From Spirochaetia bacterium (GTDB lineage Bacteria; Spirochaetota; Spirochaetia; DSM-2461): a stretch of 64,000 nt of DNA. Numbering within the stretch: the first letter of the stretch is position 1; each line of letters starts with the position of its first letter. This document shows positions 50,693 through 58,837 of the stretch, piece by piece. Both the position numbers and the translations under genes were made by a program. The notes below the pieces were generated by a model. That model saw nothing but the letters and a program-made list of their open reading frames with translations. It had not been told where the DNA came from and did no database searches. The stretch lies in assembly GCA_963668315.1 (NCBI GenBank), contig OY764216.1, forward strand, positions 3,744,001 through 3,808,000, given 5' to 3'.

Positions 50693-51901
50693 CTACGCTC
50701 CTGTTATTATGTCGAGGAAGGCCTGGAATATCCAGCTGGAATCAACAGGCCCCGGGGCGGCTTCCGGGTGGAACTGTACACAGAGGATTTTCTTCTCCGG
50801 TACTTCAATACCTTCAATGGAACCGTCGTTGGCATTGACAAACCTGACCCTCGCACCTTCGGGAAGAGAATCGGGATCGACGGCAAAACCGTGATTCTGG
50901 GAGGTCACGAAAACTTTGCCGGTGACCTCGTCGCGAACGGGATGGTTGCACCCATGATGGCCGAACTTCATTTTGAACGTCCGGGCTCCCAGAGCCTGTG
51001 AGATGATCTGATGTCCGAGACAGATACCGAGAATCGGCATCGTCCCCATGAGACCTTCAACCAGAGCGGTCTGCTCTTTGAGGGGGGCCGGGTCTCCCGG
51101 TCCGTTGGACAGGAAAAGCGCCTGGGCTCCGGACTTTTTAACGTCCTCCGCCGTGGCATGGGAAGGAAGCTGGGTTACCCGGCATCCGAGCTGCTGAAAC
51201 TCCCGGAGTATATTCGCCTTGAGACCGCAGTCCAGAAGGGCGATATGGGCTGTTTCCTTATTAACCGGCGGAACGGTCTTCACCGCGACAGGTTCGGCTT
51301 CGTCAAGGGAGCATTCGCAGGAAGCGCCCGTCCCGACCTCACCGATGAGATTCGCCCCTTCCATGGAAGGCATGGAGGCGAAATAGCCGGACAGGACCTT
51401 TTTATCACTGTCGCTCAGGTCATTGCCGTTCTCCGATGTCACGATAACACCGTTGCAGCTTCCCTTGTCCCTGAGCCTCAGAGTCAGCCCTCTCGTATCG
51501 ATATCACTGATGCCGCAAATCCCGTTTTTTTTCAGAAAGGCATCAAGGGTGCCCCTACCTTCCGGAACAGGACCGGTGTAAAGAGAACGGAGGATAAACC
51601 CGGAACATTTGATCTCTCTCAAATCCCGATCGATTTCCTTTCCGGTCTCGGACCATCGGGAATCATCGCCGTAGTTTCCCCCGTGGGGATAGGTCATCAT
51701 AATCATCTGGCCCGTATAAGAAGGATCGGTCAGAACTTCATGATACCCGGTCATTCCCGTATTGAAGACAATTTCTCCGGAAAATCTCACAGGAAGTGCT
51801 TCGCCGGAAAGCTGCGAAGGTTTCGGCGGTATTGCACCAAACGCCGAACCCCGATAAACCGTACCATCATCCAGTACTAGGAAGTCTTTTCCTTTACCCA
51901 T
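50693..51901 (-). CDS. carA: Carbamoyl-phosphate synthase small subunit
   Basis: [42 protein letters not shown]. Confidence 0.97.
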   Translation of the reverse strand: MGKGKDFLVLDDGTVYRGSAFGAIPPKPSQLSGEALPVRFSGEIVFNTGMTGYHEVLTDPSYTGQMIMMTYPHGGNYGDDSRWSETGKEIDRDLREIKCSGFILRSLYTGPVPEGRGTLDAFLKKNGICGISDIDTRGLTLRLRDKGSCNGVIVTSENGNDLSDSDKKVLSGYFASMPSMEGANLIGEVGTGASCECSLDEAEPVAVKTVPPVNKETAHIALLDCGLKANILREFQQLGCRVTQLPSHATAEDVKKSGAQALFLSNGPGDPAPLKEQTALVEGLMGTMPILGICLGHQIISQALGARTFKMKFGHHGCNHPVRDEVTGKVFVTSQNHGFAVDPDSLPEGARVRFVNANDGSIEGIEVPEKKILCVQFHPEAAPGPVDSSWIFQAFLDIITGA

Positions 51902-51959
51902 CTGAACCCCTTTATCTTAACTATATGGGTGAATATCAAAAAAATCTATAATTCCGTTT

Positions 51960-51993
51960 AAAAAAAAGGCGGCCTTTTAAAAAGCCGCCTTTC
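51960..51993 (-). terminator. Rho-independent terminator downstream of the tRNA pair
   Basis: AAAGGCGGC ... GCCGCCTTT stem; the A-tract at 51960-51967 gives the U-tail on the minus strand. Confidence 0.85.
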
Positions 51994-52005
51994 ATTTGCT
52001 TAGAG

Positions 52006-52077
52006 TAGTCCCTAGGGGAATCGAACCCCTATTTGAAGAATGAGAATCTCCTGTCCTAACCGTTAGACGAAGGGACC
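52006..52077 (-). tRNA. tRNA-Glu (anticodon CTC)
   Basis: GGTCCCT...AGGGACTA acceptor, anticodon arm GGAGA-TTCTCAT-TCTTC, GGTTCGATTCC T-arm; CCA not encoded. Confidence 0.95.
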
Positions 52078-52084
52078 CAAAATG

Positions 52085-52156
52085 CTTCCCGAGGAGGACT
52101 CGAACCCCCAAAGGCAGAACCAGAATCTGCAGTGTTACCGATTACACTATCGGGAA
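52085..52156 (-). tRNA. tRNA-Gln (anticodon CTG)
   Basis: TTCCCGA/TCGGGAA acceptor, GCAGA-TTCTGGT-TCTGC anticodon arm, GGTTCGAGTCC T-arm. Confidence 0.95.
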
Positions 52157-52190
52157 GTGTTATGTTTAAGCTTTTCAAAAGCTGTGACGG

Positions 52191-52219
52191 ATAATAACGA
52201 AAATCCGAAAAACTGTCAA
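52191..52219 (-). promoter_or_regulatory. Sigma70 promoter of the tRNA-Gln/Glu operon
   Basis: TTGACA(52214-19)-N17-TATTAT(52191-96). Confidence 0.8.
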
Positions 52220-52364
52220 TCCTTTTATCGAAAAAGATCATGAAATTAAAATTCCCACCCTCTTTGCACCTTCTATGTTCCTATCAGCCCTGCAATTGCG
52301 TATTACTATTGAAATAATCATCTTCCTTGGTATATGATGCTTCCGCACGAATGGAGGATAAAAT

Positions 52365-53705
52365 ATGATCGTCATGAAATTCGGCGGTACGTCCGTACAG
52401 AGCGCCGAAAAAATAAATAATGCCCTCGATATCGCAGAGAAAGAACTGTCCATGAGAGGAGTCGTTCTTGTCTCTTCCGCCATGGGGAAGACTACCGACC
52501 GCATCATTGATGCCTATACGGCCGCAGAAGCGGGTCATATAGAACCGGCGCTGGGATTTATGGAGGATATAAAAGACCTCCATTTCAAAACGGCGAGAGA
52601 ATTTCTGACCGGAACGAATCTGACGGACACGATAGCCGTCCTCGACACTTACTTTGCCCAGTTTGCTTCTCTTATTAAGGGTGTAGTCCTCTTGAGGGAC
52701 TGCACGAAAAGAAGCCGAGATATATTCCTTTCCTTCGGCGAAAGGCTTTCCACCCTGATCATTGCCGCCCGGGCCAGGGAACGGGGCATTAAAACCTCCC
52801 TTCTCGACTCCCGTGAGTTCATAATAACAGACGATGACTTCGGTTCCGCCAATGTGGATTTCGAAAAGACCGATAAACTGATTGCAGAGAAGATCAAGCC
52901 CGGCCGGGAAAAACTCTATGTGGCCCAGGGATTCATCGGCGCCACGGCCGACGGGGTGACGACAACCCTGGGCCGGGGAGGAAGCGATTATTCCGCCGCC
53001 ATTATCGGAGCCGCCCTGGATGCCAGGGATATCCAGATCTGGACGGACGTCAACGGGATCATGAGTTCCGATCCCCGCTATGTGAAGGGCGTGAAAACCA
53101 TTCCCTCGGTCACTTACCGTGAAGCGGGAGAGCTGGCCTACTTCGGCGCCAAGGTGGTTCACCCCTCAACAATCCAGCCGGCTGTGGGAAAAGAGATTCC
53201 CGTAAGGGTCCTGAATTCGGGGAACCCCGACCATGAGGGGACAACTATTTCCATGAAAGCCCCCGTCAACGGGCTCAAGGCCATCGCCAACAAAAAAGAT
53301 ATTACCCTGATCAATATTGAATCAACCCGCATGCTGAATGCCTACGGCTTTCTGAACAGGATATTCTGCATATTCGATAAGTACGAAACCTCCGTGGACC
53401 TGGTGACGACCAGCGAGGTAAGCGTCACGGTAACGATTGAAGACACCTCTCGGCTCGAAGAGATCGTGAAAGCCCTCGAACCCATCGGAAAAATCGTCGT
53501 GGAGAAAGGAAAAAGCATTATCTGCCTTGTCGGGCAGGGCTTGTGGAAGGACGGAGGCTTTCTCTCCCAGGTATTCAAGACCTGCGAGGGAGTTCCCCTG
53601 AGAATGATTTCACTCGGGTCGAGCGCGATCAACCTGTCCCTGGTCGTTCCTCAGGACAAAACGGATTTCATGGTCCAGAAACTGCACGATCAGTTTCTCG
53701 GATAG
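52365..53705 (+). CDS. lysC: Aspartate kinase
   Basis: VMKFGGTSV, TTLGRGGSDYSA, WTDVNG, ELAYFGAKVVHP, two ACT domains; SD GGAGG. Confidence 0.95.
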   Translation: MIVMKFGGTSVQSAEKINNALDIAEKELSMRGVVLVSSAMGKTTDRIIDAYTAAEAGHIEPALGFMEDIKDLHFKTAREFLTGTNLTDTIAVLDTYFAQFASLIKGVVLLRDCTKRSRDIFLSFGERLSTLIIAARARERGIKTSLLDSREFIITDDDFGSANVDFEKTDKLIAEKIKPGREKLYVAQGFIGATADGVTTTLGRGGSDYSAAIIGAALDARDIQIWTDVNGIMSSDPRYVKGVKTIPSVTYREAGELAYFGAKVVHPSTIQPAVGKEIPVRVLNSGNPDHEGTTISMKAPVNGLKAIANKKDITLINIESTRMLNAYGFLNRIFCIFDKYETSVDLVTTSEVSVTVTIEDTSRLEEIVKALEPIGKIVVEKGKSIICLVGQGLWKDGGFLSQVFKTCEGVPLRMISLGSSAINLSLVVPQDKTDFMVQKLHDQFLG

Positions 53706-54399
53706 AACCATTCAGAGGCGGGGAAGAAAGCACAAAGCGGTTTCCCCTTTCCAGGAGGGGCGTCCCCCGGGAGTCTCCCGCTTCCAGAAGCAGGGGGAAA
53801 TCCTCCCGGCGGAACACCGGAAGGCCCTCCCCGCCCTTCTCCCACAGCAGGACCGATTTATCCATGACATTCCTGAAGGACAGGGAGTTCTCGTAGGAGA
53901 GCGGTTCGAATTCCAGAACCGTACCTCCCTCACCGGAGGAAAACCGATAATTTTTCATGAGGGAGGAGGAGAATTCCACGGCCATGATCCGAACCCCCTC
54001 TCTTTCTTCCATCCCGATGCCGAGACATGTCCAGCGGGGATTGAGAATCTGCTCCCGGTGGGCCGGGCTGTTCCACCAGGCTTCGAAGATCTCACCCAGC
54101 GCCGCCTCGGCCGAACTGGTTCCCAGAATTTCACCGGCGGCGAGTGCCGTTCCGCCCGCCAATCCGTACCTCTCCCAGGGCCCTCTGTTCTCCCTGTCCC
54201 TATGGGTCAGGATTCTCCGTCCGGAAAGCTCGGACGCATAGGATTGGGCACTGCGGACAAGAAACACCTCCCTCTCCAGCGGCACAAGACCGGATTCCGC
54301 CCGTTTTTCATTAATCCACGACTCCGTTACGGAAAAATAGTCCTCTCCGTAAAGGGGGAAGAGAAGAATGACGCCAAGCAGAAAGATCGTGTATTTCAT
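53668..54399 (-). CDS. Exported CAP (SCP) domain protein
   Basis: Signal peptide from ATG 54399; INEKRAESGLVPL, AGEIL, WWNSPAHREQILNPRWTCLGIG. Confidence 0.82.
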   Translation of the reverse strand: MKYTIFLLGVILLFPLYGEDYFSVTESWINEKRAESGLVPLEREVFLVRSAQSYASELSGRRILTHRDRENRGPWERYGLAGGTALAAGEILGTSSAEAALGEIFEAWWNSPAHREQILNPRWTCLGIGMEEREGVRIMAVEFSSSLMKNYRFSSGEGGTVLEFEPLSYENSLSFRNVMDKSVLLWEKGGEGLPVFRREDFPLLLEAGDSRGTPLLERGNRFVLSSPPLNGSIRETDRAVSGP

Positions 54400-54406
54400 G
54401 GATATC

Positions 54407-55240
54407 CTAACTGAGAAAAGCAAAAAGATCCCGGTAGACTTCCCTTCTGATTCTTTCCGATTCGTTCAGAATGTGATGCCTTCCCTTTTTGTAATGGACA
54501 GTGCGGCATCGGGAATAGCATCTTTCAAGAACGGGAGTATTGCTCTTCCATTCCACCACGTTGTCTCTGTCCCCCTGAAGCAGAAGAAGGGGCTGGTTCG
54601 AAGAAAAATCCTCCCATTCCCGGTTCCACTCCACCATGGCTTTTATCCAGTCGAGGGAAAAGCGTTTGACCCCCAGGGGGTCCTTCCACTTGAACTTCAG
54701 AAACGGCTTATTTCCGCTGGATTTGGTCTTCCGTACGGGAAGGACCTTTATCCAGTCCTGGGCAAGATCGATGCCTTTATCTATCAGAAGCTGATAGTTC
54801 ATCTTCACCAGGGGGGCGGCCATGACGACTCCCTTGAAGTTATCACTACCGCGTCGGTTGTAATCCATCAGGATGGAACAGCCCGTGCTGTGGCCCACGG
54901 CATAGGACCTCTCCGGGCGGACATCCCAACGGCGGAGAAGTCCGTCAAAGAAGTCGGCATATTCACGGAAAGAGAGAATGCCCCCCCTTATGCCGCTTGA
55001 TCTTCCATGGCCGGGCATGTCTCCCGCCACCACCCGGAATCCCCTCTTGAGAAGTTCATTCACCAGCAGCCTGTTGCTCAAAGAATGATCGAGAAAACCG
55101 TGCAGCAAAACGACCGTCTCCTCCCATTTTTCCGGCTCAAGACACCAGGACCAGATGCTGTAGGCACCGGAAGGGAATTCTCCGCCCCTAAAATCGGCAT
55201 ATCCCTCTATATGATAATACCCGAGATACTCTTCTTCCAT
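54407..55240 (-). CDS. Alpha/beta hydrolase (lysophospholipase-like)
   Basis: LLHGFLDH, DMPGHGRS, GHSTG nucleophile, QGDRDNVV, GRHHILNE. Confidence 0.88.
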   Translation of the reverse strand: MEEEYLGYYHIEGYADFRGGEFPSGAYSIWSWCLEPEKWEETVVLLHGFLDHSLSNRLLVNELLKRGFRVVAGDMPGHGRSSGIRGGILSFREYADFFDGLLRRWDVRPERSYAVGHSTGCSILMDYNRRGSDNFKGVVMAAPLVKMNYQLLIDKGIDLAQDWIKVLPVRKTKSSGNKPFLKFKWKDPLGVKRFSLDWIKAMVEWNREWEDFSSNQPLLLLQGDRDNVVEWKSNTPVLERCYSRCRTVHYKKGRHHILNESERIRREVYRDLFAFLS

Positions 55241-55386
55241 GCAACCACTATAACAGACTCATGGCCCCCTGAATAGAGAAGAATCCGCCCTGCGGCAGAG
55301 GCTTTAATTACAAATTTATAATGTTATTCAGTGGATTTTTCCCGTATTCTGAAGTATCATTAACACATAACTATCAGGAATAGAAA

Positions 55387-56352
55387 ATGGTTGAAGACTT
55401 TTTAAAATTTATTGATCAATCCAAAAGTATCGTGATTACATCCCATGAAAGCCCTGACGGCGACGCTATCTGTTCGGAAATAGGATTATACAAACTGCTG
55501 CTTTTCCTCCAGAAGGATGTGGTCATACTCAATAGCGACAGCGCCGAGGATAAATACGATTTCCTAAAGACCAGTCATTTTATGACACAGATAAATATGA
55601 ATAATCCCGATCTTCCTGTCGATTATTCCCTCATTGTCCTCGATACGCACCCTTACAACATAGGCAAGGCGGGAGAGCTCCTGAGGGAAGGAGCCAGGGA
55701 TATTTTCGTCATAGACCACCATGAAGACTCCTATTCCGAAAAATTCGGCGGCATCCACGACAGTTCGGCATCCAGCACCTGCCAGCTCGTCTATCTGCTG
55801 ATGGAAGGACTGAACTTCACCCCCGACAAGGAGACGGCGGACGCCCTCTTCACGGGAATCGTCTATGACACCGGTTCGTTTCAATTCAAAAAGACAACCC
55901 ACGAGACCTTCCGCATCGGGGGGGATCTGGTGAAAATCGGCGTTGATCCCTTCATCATTCACAACTACCTGGACCAGAGCAACAGCAAAGCCTTTCTGGT
56001 TTTACAGATGGAAGTCATGAAAACCCTGGAATTCCACGTGAATGACCATGTGACCAGTCTGATGATGACGAAAGAGATTCTCGATAACAGCGGCGCAAAG
56101 TATGAAGAAGCCCAGCCCCTCATCAATCTTCCCCTTATCTGCAAGGATGTCGAAGTTTCCCTCCTTTTCAAGGAGAACAAAGAGGGTGTCAAGAGGTGTT
56201 CCATCCGTTCCAAGGGTAACTTCGACTGTTACGAACTGGCCAATAAATACAACGGAGGCGGGCACAAGACGGCGGCCGGCTTCAAGATTAGCGGTTCCTT
56301 TGAAGAAATGAAAAGAGAAGTGCTTGAAGAAATAGGCCATTTCTTTTCATAA
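55387..56352 (+). CDS. nrnA: DHH/DHHA1 nanoRNase / pAp phosphatase
   Basis: HESPDGDA, IDHH, GIVYDTGSF, SIRS, GGGHKTAAG. Confidence 0.9.
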   Translation: MVEDFLKFIDQSKSIVITSHESPDGDAICSEIGLYKLLLFLQKDVVILNSDSAEDKYDFLKTSHFMTQINMNNPDLPVDYSLIVLDTHPYNIGKAGELLREGARDIFVIDHHEDSYSEKFGGIHDSSASSTCQLVYLLMEGLNFTPDKETADALFTGIVYDTGSFQFKKTTHETFRIGGDLVKIGVDPFIIHNYLDQSNSKAFLVLQMEVMKTLEFHVNDHVTSLMMTKEILDNSGAKYEEAQPLINLPLICKDVEVSLLFKENKEGVKRCSIRSKGNFDCYELANKYNGGGHKTAAGFKISGSFEEMKREVLEEIGHFFS

Positions 56353-56360
56353 TAGGATTC

Positions 56361-57887
56361 ATGATAAAGACCAAAATTGCAGCCTCTTTCATACTGACTC
56401 TTCTTCTCTTCTCATGCCGTGAAGGTAATCTCGGTGTCAGTACCGAGCGTCCTCCTGCGGGTCAGGTCATCATTCCCGATTCGGGAAGGGATACGGCCAG
56501 GAGGGAGGGAAGTTCTCTTTCCATACAGAAAGAAGAGGAGGAGGTCAAGGCGATTCCTTCGATCCCTATTGAGGCGAAATGGAATATAGTCGAGCTGATG
56601 GATGCCAATCTCGACGGCGATACCGACGACGAGCAGCTGATCTTTCTTGAATCGAAGGAAGGGGATAAAAACCTGGAAGTCTGGGTGGCCGATTTCAATA
56701 CGTCCGCCAACTCCTATGTTCTGGCGTGGAGAAGCGAGCTTTCCAGCAAACAGGGCGATAAGCTTACCGTCACGGTAAACGAAGCGGCCGAACAGGGCCG
56801 GTACGAACTGTATGTTCTGGGATACGACTCACGGGATTACCACACCCTGGACGTATTCTACCCCCTTTCCGAACAGTCTCCCAGTTTCAGGAATATCTTC
56901 ACCCAGTCCGTTAAAGGTACCATCGAACTCTATTATCCCCAGACAGCCGGCTCCTCCCTGAGCGACGACTACGGAACAAGAGTCAGGATTTCTCCCGAGA
57001 TAATTATTACCCGCTCCGATCCCGAATCGGATAATCCTCTTGATTCGGTCATAACGACCTGGGAGCTAGCCACTTCCCCCACCCGCTACAAGCTTATCTC
57101 GACAAGGAAGATAAAAGCGACCAAGGAGCAGGAGGAAAAACTTCTGGAGCTGATAAGCGGTCCCATTGATGACTTTGAGTCGCTCCTTTCCGATTACTGG
57201 TATCAGGAAGAGGGAGAAAGCGGCGTCATCCGCATGATCGATCTGAACAAAGCGGACAATACGATTGAATTCCTCACCCTGCAGAATTACGAGGAGTACA
57301 CCTGGGACTCTTCCCATAAATCATCCTATGCCCCCCGGCTCTATATTTATACGACCAGCCCCTATATTTCTTCGGTCCGCAAGGAGCTGACCATCAATAT
57401 GATCGATACGGACAGCATTTCCCTGGATGTCTTCGACAACGGAAAACAGCACCGCAACAACTCCTGGTCGGGTAATTACAAGCGCATGACCGAGGGGATG
57501 AAACTCTCCCTTATCAAGGAGTACGGACGGGAAATCAATACGGAATTTTACGATCTCAAGGGTAAGTATAAAAGTGCCTCGGGAGAGGAGATCTCCTTTG
57601 ACAGGAACAGCTTCACCCTTTCTCAGGAAGGAAAAGATACGGACAGGAAAGGCTTTTTTTCCCTCTTTGTCCTTAACGGCGAGCAGCTTCTTGAGCTCAT
57701 CTATTACGATAACAGAGGGATGAAGGAATCAAGAGAACTGTATCAGTTTTCCTATTCCGTAGAAGACGACGAGGAGCACAGAATCCGCAGTTTCCATATT
57801 ACCGCCGGAGAAACGACAGCACGGGGCTTTGTTCCCTCCGAGGAAGTGGGAAGGCGCTTTGAACAGATAGAGCTGCTGTCCGACTAG
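56361..57887 (+). CDS. Spirochaetal lipoprotein, pallilysin-related adhesin-like
   Basis: Lipobox LLLFSC; DANLDGDTDDEQLIF motif recalled from spirochaete pallilysin-related adhesins; beta-rich. Confidence 0.5.
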   Translation: MIKTKIAASFILTLLLFSCREGNLGVSTERPPAGQVIIPDSGRDTARREGSSLSIQKEEEEVKAIPSIPIEAKWNIVELMDANLDGDTDDEQLIFLESKEGDKNLEVWVADFNTSANSYVLAWRSELSSKQGDKLTVTVNEAAEQGRYELYVLGYDSRDYHTLDVFYPLSEQSPSFRNIFTQSVKGTIELYYPQTAGSSLSDDYGTRVRISPEIIITRSDPESDNPLDSVITTWELATSPTRYKLISTRKIKATKEQEEKLLELISGPIDDFESLLSDYWYQEEGESGVIRMIDLNKADNTIEFLTLQNYEEYTWDSSHKSSYAPRLYIYTTSPYISSVRKELTINMIDTDSISLDVFDNGKQHRNNSWSGNYKRMTEGMKLSLIKEYGREINTEFYDLKGKYKSASGEEISFDRNSFTLSQEGKDTDRKGFFSLFVLNGEQLLELIYYDNRGMKESRELYQFSYSVEDDEEHRIRSFHITAGETTARGFVPSEEVGRRFEQIELLSD

Positions 57888-57891
57888 CGGT

Positions 57892-58464
57892 TCAGGGGAA
57901 CAGGAGGGAGGGCTTTGTCCTCCTCTCGGCCCTGCCCGTAAGGATCAATCCTTCGGGGGACTGGGGAAAGTCTCTTTTAATAATCCATTCAACCCTTCTG
58001 GCATCATCCTCCCTTCCCAGTGTCCGGTAGGCATCGCTCAAGCATAGGGCGGCCGAGGGCTCCCCGGTCAGCAGACGGTTGTGGTCTTCCATCAGCTCTA
58101 AGGCCCCCTTTTCCCGTCCGAGACGGATAAGGCTTTTTATTTCGATAATAAGGGCCCCTCTGACTATTGAGGGTTCGAGTCCCCCCTCGGTAAGGGGGAG
58201 AGCTTCGGCGGGAAGGTTCTCATACTGTCCCATATCCCACTTTATCTGAAGAATCCGTAATTGGCATAGCTGGCGTTTTACCCCGGAAAGTCTGGGGGCG
58301 GCTTCCCTGTACTTTTCCAGAGCGCCCGTGTAGTCTCCCGCAGAGAGATCCTCCGCGGCAAGAAGAATCAGCCTCTCCCCTTCTCCGTCGGATTGCTGGG
58401 AAAAAAGGGGAAAGCCCTGGAGCAGGGCAAAAAAGATCAGAGGCAGAAGAAACTTATGATTCAT
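57892..58464 (-). CDS. Exported TPR-like protein
   Basis: Signal peptide from ATG 58464; GDYTGALEKYREA, LSDAYRTLGREDDA, IKRDFPQSPEG. Confidence 0.65.
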   Translation of the reverse strand: MNHKFLLPLIFFALLQGFPLFSQQSDGEGERLILLAAEDLSAGDYTGALEKYREAAPRLSGVKRQLCQLRILQIKWDMGQYENLPAEALPLTEGGLEPSIVRGALIIEIKSLIRLGREKGALELMEDHNRLLTGEPSAALCLSDAYRTLGREDDARRVEWIIKRDFPQSPEGLILTGRAERRTKPSLLFP

Positions 58465-58813
58465 CTTCCTTCTTTTTATTTTTTCTGCCTCCGAGAAGAG
58501 ACTTCTTCCTTTCCCTCTCTTTCTCTCCCCCTGCGTCGGGAGTTTCATTCATAAGAGCGGGAGCGTCCTTTCTCTTCCCCCCTTCGCTCTTCTTTGATTT
58601 CCGCCGGGAAAAGGAACGGGCGAACCAGAAGGGAACGGTGGAAACAAGACCGAAGAGATAAGCGGCGAAGACGACGATGATAATGGAAACGTCTTCAAAA
58701 TGGCCCTTCTCGTTAACCCAGATATTAATATTGGTATGGTTATCGAGGTTAAATCCGATAAAAGCAAAGATAATGACGATGAATAAAATAAACCCTATTA
58801 GTTTCATGGGCAC
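58454..58813 (-). CDS. LapA/DUF1049-like small membrane protein
   Basis: Two TMs separated by FIGFNLDNHTNINIW, charged tail; precedes the TPR gene; SD GGAGG before GTG. Confidence 0.6.
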   Translation of the reverse strand: MPMKLIGFILFIVIIFAFIGFNLDNHTNINIWVNEKGHFEDVSIIIVVFAAYLFGLVSTVPFWFARSFSRRKSKKSEGGKRKDAPALMNETPDAGGEKERERKKSLLGGRKNKKKEDES

Positions 58814-58837
58814 GGTTCTGCCTCCTCTTTACAGACG

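Noticed and set aside
52220..52364. Lysine riboswitch upstream of lysC
   Set aside because: A promoter TTGAAA-N18-TATGAT (52309-52338) leaves only a short leader, and no L-box consensus is visible.
51902..52364. tRNA pair as an integration site of a genomic island
   Set aside because: No integrase or duplicated tRNA 3' end was seen; flanks are housekeeping genes.
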